A DNA stretch of 41,126 nt, taken from contig JBJKYE010000038.1 of the NCBI GenBank assembly GCA_045561195.1, positions 1 to 41,126 of the forward strand. Direction: 5' to 3'. A program made the translations under genes and the position numbers. The stretch is from Gammaproteobacteria bacterium. GTDB taxonomy: Bacteria > Pseudomonadota > Gammaproteobacteria > GCA-002705445 > GCA-002716945. Below are positions 25,414 through 35,840 of the stretch, one piece after another. Under the pieces are notes generated by a model. The model was given only the letters and a program-made list of their open reading frames with translations. It had not been told where the DNA came from and did not search any database. Numbering within the stretch: position 1 is the stretch's first letter; each line of letters starts with the position of its first letter.

Positions 25414-25874
25414 TGCATCTCCTTTATAAATTTTATTACTTCTTCAACATGACCTTTTACTTTCACATTTCTCCATATATTTAAGACTTCTAATTCACGA
25501 CTAATCAAAAAGGTACTCCTGTCTATCCCCATATATTTTCTTCCATAGAGACTTTTTTCTTTTATAACATCAAACATTTTACACACCTTTTCACTCTCAT
25601 CAGATATTAGAGGGAATTTAAATGAATATTTGTTTATAAATTTTTCATGTGATTTTATAGTATCTCTTGAAACGCCTACAACATTCCAACCTAATTTCTT
25701 AATTTTGTTAAGGCTATCATTAAACTCATTACTTTCTGTTGTGCATCCTGGAGTTAAGTCTCTGGGATAAAAATATAATATTAGATTTTTGTTTAAGTAA
25801 TCCGATAACATTTTCTTATTATCAGATGAAACTACTGCGAGATCTTTAACTTTTTTCCCTATGTTTATTTTCAT
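25410..25874 (-). CDS. bcp: Peroxiredoxin Bcp/PrxQ
   Basis: LYFYPRDLTPGCTTE, FPLISD and RSTFLI. Confidence 0.92.
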   Translation of the reverse strand: MKINIGKKVKDLAVVSSDNKKMLSDYLNKNLILYFYPRDLTPGCTTESNEFNDSLNKIKKLGWNVVGVSRDTIKSHEKFINKYSFKFPLISDESEKVCKMFDVIKEKSLYGRKYMGIDRSTFLISRELEVLNIWRNVKVKGHVEEVIKFIKEMQ

Positions 25875-26060
25875 TTAAACCTCATCAAGCTCTTTTGGTT
25901 TCAAAGCCCTAGCTTCATCAACTAGTAAAATAGGAATATCATTCTTTATTGGGTAAGCTAGCATAGACTCTTTACAGATTAATTCATTTGTTTTATCAAC
26001 ATAAATAAGATTATGACCTGATTTTGGGCAAACAAGAATATCTAATAAAAATTTATCCAT
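25875..26060 (-). CDS. Trm112-like protein (UPF0434, YcaR)
   Basis: LLDILVCP...LAYPIKNDIPILLVDEAR. Confidence 0.9.
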   Translation of the reverse strand: MDKFLLDILVCPKSGHNLIYVDKTNELICKESMLAYPIKNDIPILLVDEARALKPKELDEV

Positions 26061-26104
26061 ATGAACTATAATTTATCATAAATATATGTTAATAAAAAAT
26101 ATTA

Positions 26105-26133
26105 ATGACATAGTTTTGATATCTGTTTATAAT
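26105..26133 (+). promoter_or_regulatory. sigma70 promoter of the PCuAC gene, predicted leaderless
   Basis: ATGACA-17bp-TATAAT-6bp-ATG(26140). Confidence 0.65.
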
Positions 26134-26139
26134 ATAACA

Positions 26140-26634
26140 ATGAAAAAATTACTATCTTTAATACTTTTTACCATACTGTCTTCTAATGCTTATTCATTCA
26201 TGTCCGGTGTTAGTCCTGAGAAAGATGGAGGTCCAAAATTAGTACTACTCGAAGGTGTCATACATAAAGGCCCACCAGGTTCATCTGTTACTGTTGGTTA
26301 TGGAATTATCAAAAATAATACCGATAATGATTTAGTGATTACAGGTGTAAGATCTCCCGTATATGATGAAGTCCAGATTCACTCAATGGAGTATAGTAAC
26401 TCTGGTACAGCTAAAATGATTCATCAGAATACGTTATTAATACCAGCTCGACAGGAAGTAGTTCTAGATAGTGGCGGTTTACATCTTATGCTGATGGGAC
26501 CAAGAAGAGATATTGAAGTAGGGCAGGATGTCAAAATGATAGTGCGAGATAAACAGGAAACTAGATATATGTTTAACTTAATCGTTATAGATCCAAGGCA
26601 TAATCATGGTAGCCATGACCACCATATGCACTAA
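26140..26634 (+). CDS. Periplasmic copper chaperone PCu(A)C
   Basis: Signal peptide MKKLLSLILF, Cu motif HSM...AKM...GGLHLML and His-rich tail HNHGSHDHHMH. Confidence 0.88.
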   Translation: MKKLLSLILFTILSSNAYSFMSGVSPEKDGGPKLVLLEGVIHKGPPGSSVTVGYGIIKNNTDNDLVITGVRSPVYDEVQIHSMEYSNSGTAKMIHQNTLLIPARQEVVLDSGGLHLMLMGPRRDIEVGQDVKMIVRDKQETRYMFNLIVIDPRHNHGSHDHHMH

Positions 26635-27299
26635 AACCATCTTCTGACAGATATTTTATAGCTAAGATATTTTTCTCCAAATTTTTCCTCTAAATATTTT
26701 TCTTCTGGAATAATTACATAGTATTTTAATACTAGATAAGTAAATAAAGTAAAAATAGTTATGTGTATCACGCTCAGTAGCATTCCAATCCCAATTTGTA
26801 ATATTAATAATCCAAGATACATTGGATTTCTTGAATAAGAATAAATATTATTTTTGATGATTAAGCTAGAAGGCGAGGTTGGGATAGGGTCTTCGTTGAC
26901 ATCAGTAAACTCTTTTAATGAAAAATATAAAATTAGTAATGCGATTATAATTAAAAAACCTCCTATCAGTCTAGAGCGAAAGATGTCTAGTTCTTCTGGA
27001 ACATCATATACTTGAAAGTAATACATATTCGTCATTGATACAAGAAATGCAAGGTTTATAAAAAATAAAAAAATAACAGGGGGGAAAGATATAACTTTAG
27101 CTCGATCAGTCATATCCGCAGGATAGTAGAATATGTGTATCAATACTAAAGCTAAAAACATAGGAATAGACGACAATAGCGATAATATTAAAGCGTCTTC
27201 AACAATTATCTGATTTTCGCTGAAGTACCAGTTAAAGAACTCATAATAGTTAGAGATCGAATAAAGCATTAGTATATATATAACTACTTTTTTAAACAT
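26631..27299 (-). CDS. Isoprenylcysteine carboxyl methyltransferase / PEMT family membrane protein
   Basis: YSYSRNPMYLG and PEEKYLEEKFGEKYLSYKISVRRW, with an extra N-terminal membrane segment. Confidence 0.82.
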   Translation of the reverse strand: MFKKVVIYILMLYSISNYYEFFNWYFSENQIIVEDALILSLLSSIPMFLALVLIHIFYYPADMTDRAKVISFPPVIFLFFINLAFLVSMTNMYYFQVYDVPEELDIFRSRLIGGFLIIIALLILYFSLKEFTDVNEDPIPTSPSSLIIKNNIYSYSRNPMYLGLLILQIGIGMLLSVIHITIFTLFTYLVLKYYVIIPEEKYLEEKFGEKYLSYKISVRRWF

Positions 27300-28053
27300 A
27301 TTTTGATATTCTTAAAAAATCTTCAACACTCAGAACTTCAGGGCGGTGTTTTGGGTTTACAGACAGGCTCTTAAGAGCATTCTCATCAAGATATTCTTTT
27401 AGGGATGTTTTTATCATTTTTCTCCTAGCGGTAAACATCATAGTGACAAGCTTTTTAAACTTTTGTTCATTATTATTTCTAAATGGCAATGCCTTCGGGA
27501 TTAATTTTATATATGATGACTGAACTTTCGGTTTAGGTACAAAAACATTTGGAGAAATATCAAAGAGTTTTGTGACTTTAAAATATACCTGTGTCATAAC
27601 GCTCAATCTGCCATAAACCTTAGATCCTGGAGTCGCTACCATCCTATCTACTACTTCTTTTTGAAGCATTAAATGCATATCAGTTATAACGGATGTAATG
27701 GGTAACAATTTAAATATAATTTCAGTTGATATGTTATATGGTAGATTTCCTATGATACGGGTTTTGCCAAGAAGATATTCTGAGAGATTACATTTTAATA
27801 TATCACTATTCACAATCTGTACATTATCTGACTCAATATATTGGCTTTGTAGAATAGGCATTAAGTCTTTGTCTTTTTCTATTAGAATAATATTTTTAAT
27901 CTTATCTAATAAAGGTGTTGTCAGCGCACCTTCTCCAGGACCAATCTCTAGAAAAGAGTCAGTAGTTTTAGGTTTAATGGCGATAACAATTTTATTAATA
28001 ATATTTTTATCATTTAAAAAATGTTGACCGAGTTTTTTTTTATAATTTCGCAT
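27292..28053 (-). CDS. rsmA: 16S rRNA m6(2)A1518/1519 dimethyltransferase
   Basis: GQHFL, LEIGPGEG, GNLPYNIS and MLQKEV. Confidence 0.97.
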   Translation of the reverse strand: MRNYKKKLGQHFLNDKNIINKIVIAIKPKTTDSFLEIGPGEGALTTPLLDKIKNIILIEKDKDLMPILQSQYIESDNVQIVNSDILKCNLSEYLLGKTRIIGNLPYNISTEIIFKLLPITSVITDMHLMLQKEVVDRMVATPGSKVYGRLSVMTQVYFKVTKLFDISPNVFVPKPKVQSSYIKLIPKALPFRNNNEQKFKKLVTMMFTARRKMIKTSLKEYLDENALKSLSVNPKHRPEVLSVEDFLRISKYV

Positions 28054-29017
28054 TACTTATAAATTTAGCAATTCTTATGGCTTCCACAAAACTTGAAATA
28101 TCTATATTTCCTGTACCAACTAAATCTAAAGCAGTTCCATGATCTACTGAGACCCTTGTGATTGGTAATCCAAGGGTAACATTAACAGTTCTCTTAAAAT
28201 TATTAAATTTTATAACTGGCAAACCTTGATCATGATACATAGTCAAAATTATATCAAAACTCTCGATATATTTTTTTAGAAAAGCTGTATCTGCTGGAAT
28301 AGGTCCTTCGACCATAATTTTCTTTTTACGCATTTCCAGAATCGCTGGTCTAATGATCATAGAATCTTGTTTCCCAAGCATACCGTCTTCACCAGCATGT
28401 GGATTTAATCCAGTAACTAATATTTTTGGATTTTGTATGCCGAATTTATTTTTTAAATCAGCATGAATGATGCGGATAGTTTTTTTTATAGATTCAATTG
28501 TTATATATTTATATACATTTTGTAATGGAACATGAGTAGTATGAAGAGCTACCTTCATATAAGAATTCATCAGCATCATCACTGATTTATGTTTGCATAT
28601 GTCAGCCAAAAACTCTGTATGTCCGGAAATTTTATAACCACCATCATTTAAAACTGACTTACTTATTGGCCCTGTTACCATAGATCTAGCTTTTTTTGCC
28701 AGACATAATTCTGCAGCTTTCTTGATAGTATCCATTACATAGGTTGCATTTTTTGGATTAAGTTTTCCAGGTGTATTTTTTGTAGTGAGATTTATAGGTA
28801 AGATATTAATAACAGAGGGACCTGCATGCGTTTTAGAGTCAATATCATCAAGAATATTTAGTTTAATTTTTTTTTTAAGCGTTTTAGCACTCGTCTGAAT
28901 TAGACATGGATCTGCAATTACTACAGTATTCCTAGTAAGATATTTTTCTGCAAGCATAACGCATAGGTCTGGCCCTATCCCAGCTGGCTCACCTAATGTA
29001 ATTAGTATTTTATTCAA
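28040..29017 (-). CDS. pdxA: 4-hydroxythreonine-4-phosphate dehydrogenase
   Basis: GEPAGIGPD, GHTEFLA, GLNPHAGE, MYHDQGL and VSVDHGTA; TTG start. Confidence 0.96.
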   Translation of the reverse strand: MNKILITLGEPAGIGPDLCVMLAEKYLTRNTVVIADPCLIQTSAKTLKKKIKLNILDDIDSKTHAGPSVINILPINLTTKNTPGKLNPKNATYVMDTIKKAAELCLAKKARSMVTGPISKSVLNDGGYKISGHTEFLADICKHKSVMMLMNSYMKVALHTTHVPLQNVYKYITIESIKKTIRIIHADLKNKFGIQNPKILVTGLNPHAGEDGMLGKQDSMIIRPAILEMRKKKIMVEGPIPADTAFLKKYIESFDIILTMYHDQGLPVIKFNNFKRTVNVTLGLPITRVSVDHGTALDLVGTGNIDISSFVEAIRIAKFISNAKL

Positions 29018-29019
29018 AT

Positions 29020-30264
29020 TTAAAACTCTTTAATTTCAATATATGCCTGCTCTTTTAACTTGGCAACCCAATCATCTCGTTCTGCTTTAGCTTTATTTGA
29101 TCTAATGATATTTGCAACATTTTTCCTGACCAATGATTTTGTATCGTCAATAGATCGCATATTTTCTACATATAATATATGCCATCCAAATCTAGACTGA
29201 AATGGGTCGCTAATCTTTTTTAGTGGTGTATTTTTCATGATATCAGAAAATTCTTTAACCAAAGCCTCAGGTCTTTGATATCCTAGGTCTCCGCCTTTAT
29301 AACCTGACCCCTTGTCTTCAGAGAACTTTTTAGCAAATAGTATAAAATCATCTAAATCTTTAATCTCATTTTTTATATCTAACAAATTCTTCTTAATTTC
29401 TTCACTATTAGTCATTACATTTGGCTTTAATAGTATATGTCTAACTTTATATTCATTTACTATGGTGGATGTTTTATTAACTGAGTCTACAACATTAAGA
29501 ACATGATAACCTTTTGAACTAGTAATTATTTCTGTAAATTTATCATTTAATTTACCTCTGAGCGCTCCTAGAAAAATATTTGGCAACTTATCTTGCTGGA
29601 CTAGACCAATATTTTTTATCTTAATATTAACGTTATCATACTGTACTTTTGTATTATTAAATCCTTGTTTTAAAATGCTTGAGTAAATATCATTGATAAC
29701 ATCTTTATCGAGTTCTTTCCGTTCATCTTCTATTACAAATTCAATCAAATCATATTCAATATTACCATGTTGATTAATATCTTCTCTTTTAATAAAGTTT
29801 TCTACTTCTTCCTCTGTAACATTCATTCTAGAGTAAAATTGTGAGACAAATAATGTCTCTATAGTCATTTTATTTCTTAGATCATCTATAAATTTAGAAT
29901 AGTTACCTCCCTGATCTATTACTGTTTTTCTAAAGTCATTAATTGATAAATTCTGGGTAGAAGCTATACGTTGGAGTTCATTCTCCAGAGCTATGTCTGA
30001 AATCTTTATTCCAAATCTATCTGCAGCTTGAATAAGTAAACTAGTTTCAACTAGATCCTGTATAGCTTTGTTAATTATTTCTTGATCAGATAGCATGCTA
30101 TATTCTTTAGAAATGATCTCTGGAGATAAATTATCTATAACATTCTGAACTTCAGACTTAAGTATTACTTTGTCATTGACAATTGCAATAATCCTATCGT
30201 CATAATTAGCAGCATTCGCAATCAATGGAATTGTTAAAAAAAATAAAGCAAATATATTCTTCAT
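29020..30264 (-). CDS. surA: Chaperone / parvulin PPIase SurA
   Basis: Signal peptide, DRIIAIVND and C-terminal parvulin (RHILLK, GGDLGY, SRFGWHIL); lptD-surA-pdxA-rsmA order. Confidence 0.92.
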   Translation of the reverse strand: MKNIFALFFLTIPLIANAANYDDRIIAIVNDKVILKSEVQNVIDNLSPEIISKEYSMLSDQEIINKAIQDLVETSLLIQAADRFGIKISDIALENELQRIASTQNLSINDFRKTVIDQGGNYSKFIDDLRNKMTIETLFVSQFYSRMNVTEEEVENFIKREDINQHGNIEYDLIEFVIEDERKELDKDVINDIYSSILKQGFNNTKVQYDNVNIKIKNIGLVQQDKLPNIFLGALRGKLNDKFTEIITSSKGYHVLNVVDSVNKTSTIVNEYKVRHILLKPNVMTNSEEIKKNLLDIKNEIKDLDDFILFAKKFSEDKGSGYKGGDLGYQRPEALVKEFSDIMKNTPLKKISDPFQSRFGWHILYVENMRSIDDTKSLVRKNVANIIRSNKAKAERDDWVAKLKEQAYIEIKEF

Positions 30265-30268
30265 TACA

Positions 30269-33004
30269 CTAGTAATCAAATACATCTTGATACCCCAGAA
30301 TACCTTCTCTTAGTAACTCAGCAGTTTGATTGTTTGATGTTGCGATTCCTTTTGGTAAAAATTCAAAATAGAATGCATTATCAGATTTAGTACCATTCCA
30401 ATAATCTCTTATAACAAACTTTAATCCATAACAACAACTCTCATACTCAAAACCAAACATTTTCTCAATCATATCCTCTTCATTGCTTCGTCTGTTATTA
30501 AAAGAATAATTAATTTTACCCACTAATGATAACCTACTGTTAACTGGAATAACTGCAGAAAAATCAACCTCCTCTTGAGTGCCTCTTGAGAACCTGTAAC
30601 TAGAGTTAAATATCTGATTTTGCTTTCCATATGGTCTTTTATAAGATAATCTTATCTGATTTTTTTCACCATAACCTCTATGTGGATTAAATTCAGAATA
30701 TCCTGAAAGTCTCCAGTGGTCTGCTAATCTCGCATTGACTAAACCTAGTACGTTTGAGACGTTTGTATGACTTGTAACACTATCATTCAAATTTACGGAT
30801 CTATCATCGAGATAAAAAATTTGTCCTATGGTTCCTCTTAAAAGCTCATTACCATTAGATGTGTCAACAATACTTGATGTTAAAGCCAAAGTTAGTTGCT
30901 TTGCATCATTTAGTCTATCTTCGCCATAAAATTTATTCTCTGAAAACAAATTATATTTCAAATCATTTTCACCGGCATCAAAAATTGGAATGTTATCTTG
31001 ATTTGATGCAGGTATGTATAAAAAATACATTTCTGGTTCTAAAGTTTGAAAAATATCTTTAGTATGCATTTTGTCAAATATCATTTTACCTCTAAGGCTG
31101 AATATAGGTGTTGTATCAGAAATACTATTGTTGGAATTGCCAGAGAGACTATAAGATCTATGTTTTACACCAAATTTAGGAGTTATTTCCCAACCTATAT
31201 TTTTTATAGGGTATTCAACAGAGGGATATACTGTAAATCTTGTACCAGTAGCTTTATAGACATAAGTATGATCAAAAACTGATAATTCACTATTAACTTT
31301 ATAATTAAAATCATTATTTTTTTCATGACTTGAATATTCGAGTCTAGCTTGAGGTAGGACGCTATACTGTTCTTGGAGATCAGTTTTAACTAGTTGATAA
31401 TCTGTTGCCCTAATAGATGTATTTAAGCGGCCAAATTCACCATAATCTATTCTATCCATTTTAAACTCTCTAGTAATATGCGTTCTACCTATTCTTGATA
31501 CACTATTACCAAAGTCCTCAAGAAAAAATAAATCAGAAATCCCTCCAATATCTATTTTTGAGTTTATGAGAGAGCCAGCCCACAACCCATTATCATCCGC
31601 GACAAGAGTATTTTTATATACCCTATCGTCCCTCAGATAATATGCATGACGGCTTGTACCTTTAATGTCATCCTTGCTCATCTCAGAAAGCTGAATCTCA
31701 GTATTGCTATAATCTGTTTTGTAACGAAATTCACCATCTATCATCATACCTCTGCCGGAATAACTCGTTGGAGTTAATGTAAAGTCCATATTCTCTGCAA
31801 TATTGAAATAATAGGGAGTTGAAATAACAGTTCCGCTTTCACCAGAACTTCCAATTGATGGAAGTAGAAAACCAGTGTGCCTATCTTTACTTAATGGAAA
31901 ACTGAAAAATGGCGAATACAATATCGGCACATCTTTATATTTTAGAAGTATGTTATATGCATGACCCCTGTCTGTATCCCTATATAGAATAGTTTTAGAT
32001 GATACTATTTCCCAGTCTGGATCATCTAATCCACAGGTTGTGTAGCTACTAGGTGTTAAATAAATAATGCCATCATTATCTATAAATATATCTTCTGACA
32101 GCCCTCCACCCGGTCTCCTTTGAGTGGGAAATTTATATTTAGTAGTGGAGAATGAAACAGTATCATTTTGGCTATTATAACCACCTTTATTTGCATAAAG
32201 TGATAAATCTTCAGTTAAATATTTAACATTACCATCAGCTGCCAGAACACCTGTATCTGCATTGAAGACAGCCTTATCGGATTTTATTAAATCATCTGCT
32301 CTTTCAATTTCAACATTACCTGAAGCATAAAATATGCCATCTTCATCTTGATTTTGCTTGTCTGAGCGAACTTCTAGCGTATCTTCATCTGCATTAAACA
32401 AAGTCTTCTGTGACAGATAATCTTCAAATTCATCATCTATGCAAACAGGTAGTTTATTTTTTTTTATAGAGCTTAAATAGTCAGTTCTTTTCGCAATTAT
32501 AATTTCCTGATTAGCATTTTGTTCATCAACAGGTTTGATATTTTCGTCTATCGGAGCATTCGTATAATCACTTATAATTTCAGAGCCCATTTTCTTTATG
32601 AGTTTGTCTTGGTTATAGACTTCACCCACCTTTTCATTTTTAAATACTATTGTAATTCTTTTTGGCTCAGTAAAACCTTTTGCTGTTCTTTCGTAATAAA
32701 GATAGTCCCACCTGTCAACATGAAATAAATCAATGATTGAGGGACTTCCAAGCAAAAACCTTACTTGCTCTTTACTAAGGCCGGGTACGACTTTATTTAG
32801 ATTATCTATATCAAGTAGCACACCTTGTTCTATCGGAGTTTTATATGGTTTTGGTAACCAGCTTGGACCAGATTCAAGAAATTCAAGAATTTCTTCATCT
32901 GGCAGGGAGATACCGGGAGTTGCAGCAGCATGTGTATACATACTATTGAATAATACTAATATAATTGTGCTATGTATTAATCTTTTAATATATGGTCTAA
33001 ACAT
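30269..33004 (-). CDS. lptD: LPS assembly protein LptD with an N-terminal BamE (SmpA/OmlA) domain
   Basis: LptD motifs YTTC, PYYFNIAEN.D.T, LEPEMYFLYIP and YESCCY. Residues ~53-130 (PYKTPIEQG...GLSKEQVRFLLGSP...DRWDYLY) are BamE-like. Confidence 0.92.
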   Translation of the reverse strand: MFRPYIKRLIHSTIILVLFNSMYTHAAATPGISLPDEEILEFLESGPSWLPKPYKTPIEQGVLLDIDNLNKVVPGLSKEQVRFLLGSPSIIDLFHVDRWDYLYYERTAKGFTEPKRITIVFKNEKVGEVYNQDKLIKKMGSEIISDYTNAPIDENIKPVDEQNANQEIIIAKRTDYLSSIKKNKLPVCIDDEFEDYLSQKTLFNADEDTLEVRSDKQNQDEDGIFYASGNVEIERADDLIKSDKAVFNADTGVLAADGNVKYLTEDLSLYANKGGYNSQNDTVSFSTTKYKFPTQRRPGGGLSEDIFIDNDGIIYLTPSSYTTCGLDDPDWEIVSSKTILYRDTDRGHAYNILLKYKDVPILYSPFFSFPLSKDRHTGFLLPSIGSSGESGTVISTPYYFNIAENMDFTLTPTSYSGRGMMIDGEFRYKTDYSNTEIQLSEMSKDDIKGTSRHAYYLRDDRVYKNTLVADDNGLWAGSLINSKIDIGGISDLFFLEDFGNSVSRIGRTHITREFKMDRIDYGEFGRLNTSIRATDYQLVKTDLQEQYSVLPQARLEYSSHEKNNDFNYKVNSELSVFDHTYVYKATGTRFTVYPSVEYPIKNIGWEITPKFGVKHRSYSLSGNSNNSISDTTPIFSLRGKMIFDKMHTKDIFQTLEPEMYFLYIPASNQDNIPIFDAGENDLKYNLFSENKFYGEDRLNDAKQLTLALTSSIVDTSNGNELLRGTIGQIFYLDDRSVNLNDSVTSHTNVSNVLGLVNARLADHWRLSGYSEFNPHRGYGEKNQIRLSYKRPYGKQNQIFNSSYRFSRGTQEEVDFSAVIPVNSRLSLVGKINYSFNNRRSNEEDMIEKMFGFEYESCCYGLKFVIRDYWNGTKSDNAFYFEFLPKGIATSNNQTAELLREGILGYQDVFDY

Positions 33005-33064
33005 GATAAAAATGATTATATCATGTAATTAAAAACAGGGTAGTAGTACTTGAGTCCTTGCTTG

Positions 33065-33706
33065 TTAGCTAGCCTTTAAAACTGAAGCAATCTTGCTTGA
33101 TAATTCAAGAGGATCATTCCCGCCAATCATGTTATGAAGTATGCCTTTGCTTTGGTAAAAATCTATTATAGGAGCAGTTTGCTCTTGGTAGACATTTAAC
33201 CTGTTTTTTACGGTTTCTTCTTTATCATCTTCTCTTTGATATAGTACACCACCGCCTTCACATTTATCTCCTACTTTGTCTCCTTTATCTGTATTTCCAA
33301 TATATCCACTAGTAGTACATAATAATCTTCCAGTGCATCTTTTGATCAACGTTTCAAATGGAACGTCTATTAAAAAGACATATTCTAGTGCAATGTTCTT
33401 AGCTATAAATAGTTCATCCAAACTTTTTGCTTGCGAAATATTTCTTGGATAACCATCAAGTATAAAACCTTTTTTGCATTCGTCTTGGTCAAGTTTTTTT
33501 GAAACTAGGGATAGAACTAAATCATCACTGACAAACTTTCCAGTTGACATGATTTCTTGAATTTCTTCTCCAAGGCTTGAACCACCTTTTATTTCTTCTC
33601 TCAGAAGATCACCTGTTGAAATTTGGGGAATACCAAACTCTTTTATGATAAATTTTGACTGCGTACCCTTGCCGCAACCTGGTGCTCCTAAAAATAATAT
33701 ATTCAT
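33065..33706 (-). CDS. adk: Adenylate kinase
   Basis: [27 protein letters not shown] and QREDD. Confidence 0.97.
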   Translation of the reverse strand: MNILFLGAPGCGKGTQSKFIIKEFGIPQISTGDLLREEIKGGSSLGEEIQEIMSTGKFVSDDLVLSLVSKKLDQDECKKGFILDGYPRNISQAKSLDELFIAKNIALEYVFLIDVPFETLIKRCTGRLLCTTSGYIGNTDKGDKVGDKCEGGGVLYQREDDKEETVKNRLNVYQEQTAPIIDFYQSKGILHNMIGGNDPLELSSKIASVLKAS

Positions 33707-33723
33707 AATTCTTCTCCTAATAG

Positions 33724-35742
33724 TTACAGTAATGGCGCAATTACAAGACTTACTATTGCCATCACATTAATTAAAATATTCATTGACGGGCCAGAAGTAT
33801 CTTTCAATGGATCACCCACTGTATCGCCAACCACTGCAGCTTTATGTACATCGGAACCTTTCCCACCAAGATTTCCTTGTTCAACGAATTTTTTTGCATT
33901 ATCCCATGCTCCACCAGCATTAGACATTGTTAAAGCTAACAAAACGCAACCTAGTAGCCCACCACCTAGTAAACCACCTAACATTTCAGGGCCAAATCCT
34001 AAACCTATTACAACTGGAGAAAACACAGCAATTGATCCTGGCAGTATCATTTTCTTTAATGCTGCTGTCGTTGCTATTTCAATACATCTTGCATTATCTG
34101 GTTTTCCAGTACCTTCTAGTAAACCAGGTATTTCCTTAAATTGTCTTCTGATCTCATTTATCATTTCATAAGCAGCATCACCTACAGCAGTAATTGTTAG
34201 TGATGCTACAAGAAATGGAATCATTCCACCTATAAACAAACCTATTAACACATTGGTGTCGGTAAGTAATAATTCAATGGGAACTTCTCTTCCATGATTT
34301 ACTTCTTGAACAAAAGCAGTAATTATAGCTAGTGCAGCTAAAGCTGCTGCTCCAATTGCAAATCCTTTCCCAATAGCTGCTGTAGTATTTCCAACTTCAT
34401 CTAGACTATCAGTAATTTTTCTTGTGTCTTCTCCTAGCCCTGCCATTTCAGCAATACCACCTGCGTTGTCAGCTACAGGACCATATGCATCAATAGCCAT
34501 TGTAATACCGACTGTTGCCAACATACCAACAGCAGCGATTCCCACTCCATATAAATCTGCATAAGCATTGGCTATAAATATAATCACAGCAATCGATAAA
34601 ATTGGAACAACAACCGATTCTAACCCAATCGCTAAACCTGTTGTGATAACAGTAGCTGGGCCAGTTTCACCTTGACCAGCAATTTTTCTAACAGGAGCAC
34701 CACCAGTATAATATTCTGTTACTAATCCAATAATTACGCCACCAAATGTTCCAGCTAAAACTGCATACCAGATACTAGAATTAAGAGAGAGTAAGTCTAT
34801 AACTAAATATGAAAAAAATATAAATATAACTGCTGCAGAGAAAGTTCCACCTCGAAGTGCGCCACTTATTTTTTCAGTTGATGTCGTTCTTGCAAGATAT
34901 TTGACTATCAGAATACCTGATATTGAACATAGCAGCCCTAGGGATGCCAATGCTAGAGGAAGAAACATTAATGATTCTCTGGGACCTAGTTGATCAATCA
35001 GAGATACACTTAGTGTAGATGCAATCGCTATTGAGGCAATTATTGAGCCACAATAAGATTCAAATATATCTGAACCCATGCCAGCAACATCACCCACATT
35101 ATCACCCACATTATCAGCTATAACACCTGGGTTTCTTGGGTCATCTTCTGGAATTCCGGCCTCAACTTTACCGACTAAATCAGCACCAACATCGGCACAT
35201 TTTGTAAATATACCGCCACCTACTCTAGAAAATAACGCCACTACCGAAGCACCCATGCCAAAACCATGTATTACAGAAGCAGTTTTAGGGTCACCACCAA
35301 ATAGAAAATATAACACCCCTAAACCTAATAAGCCCATCGCAGCAACGGTCAAGCCCATTATAGATCCACCAAAAAAAGCCACAGTTAAACTCTCTGATAT
35401 ACCAAATTTGTTTGCAGAATTTGTTGTCCTAACGTTTGCCTTAGTTGATGTGTACATGCCAATAAATCCTGTCGCAGATGAACAAAGTGCTCCAATTACA
35501 AACGCTAATGTACTCTCTGCCCCCAGTCCTACAAAAACACCTACTGTGAGTAAAAGCGAGAAGACAAACAGAATTGAATATTCTTTTTTAATAAAAGTCA
35601 TTGCTCCAAGATGAATCTCATCAGCAATTTCAACAATTTTACCTTCACCAGCTGAAAAGCCTAGAATAAATTTATATAGGAAAAAGGCTGTGATTAAGCC
35701 AATAATACCCAGGTAAATAGGTAATAAGTCTAAGTTAAACAT
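33724..35742 (-). CDS. hppA: Membrane-integral pyrophosphatase, K+-dependent, probably Na+-translocating
   Basis: [20 protein letters not shown] and [16 protein letters not shown] indicates K+ dependence, and the Glu in DIFESY is typical of Na+-PPases. Confidence 0.93.
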   Translation of the reverse strand: MFNLDLLPIYLGIIGLITAFFLYKFILGFSAGEGKIVEIADEIHLGAMTFIKKEYSILFVFSLLLTVGVFVGLGAESTLAFVIGALCSSATGFIGMYTSTKANVRTTNSANKFGISESLTVAFFGGSIMGLTVAAMGLLGLGVLYFLFGGDPKTASVIHGFGMGASVVALFSRVGGGIFTKCADVGADLVGKVEAGIPEDDPRNPGVIADNVGDNVGDVAGMGSDIFESYCGSIIASIAIASTLSVSLIDQLGPRESLMFLPLALASLGLLCSISGILIVKYLARTTSTEKISGALRGGTFSAAVIFIFFSYLVIDLLSLNSSIWYAVLAGTFGGVIIGLVTEYYTGGAPVRKIAGQGETGPATVITTGLAIGLESVVVPILSIAVIIFIANAYADLYGVGIAAVGMLATVGITMAIDAYGPVADNAGGIAEMAGLGEDTRKITDSLDEVGNTTAAIGKGFAIGAAALAALAIITAFVQEVNHGREVPIELLLTDTNVLIGLFIGGMIPFLVASLTITAVGDAAYEMINEIRRQFKEIPGLLEGTGKPDNARCIEIATTAALKKMILPGSIAVFSPVVIGLGFGPEMLGGLLGGGLLGCVLLALTMSNAGGAWDNAKKFVEQGNLGGKGSDVHKAAVVGDTVGDPLKDTSGPSMNILINVMAIVSLVIAPLL

Positions 35743-35840
35743 AATAGCTCCAGGTCAATTTTTTTTACAATACATATAAAATTATCAGTTCTTGCACAAT
35801 TTTGATATTCTTTTAATAGAACTCTTAATATAATCATGTT

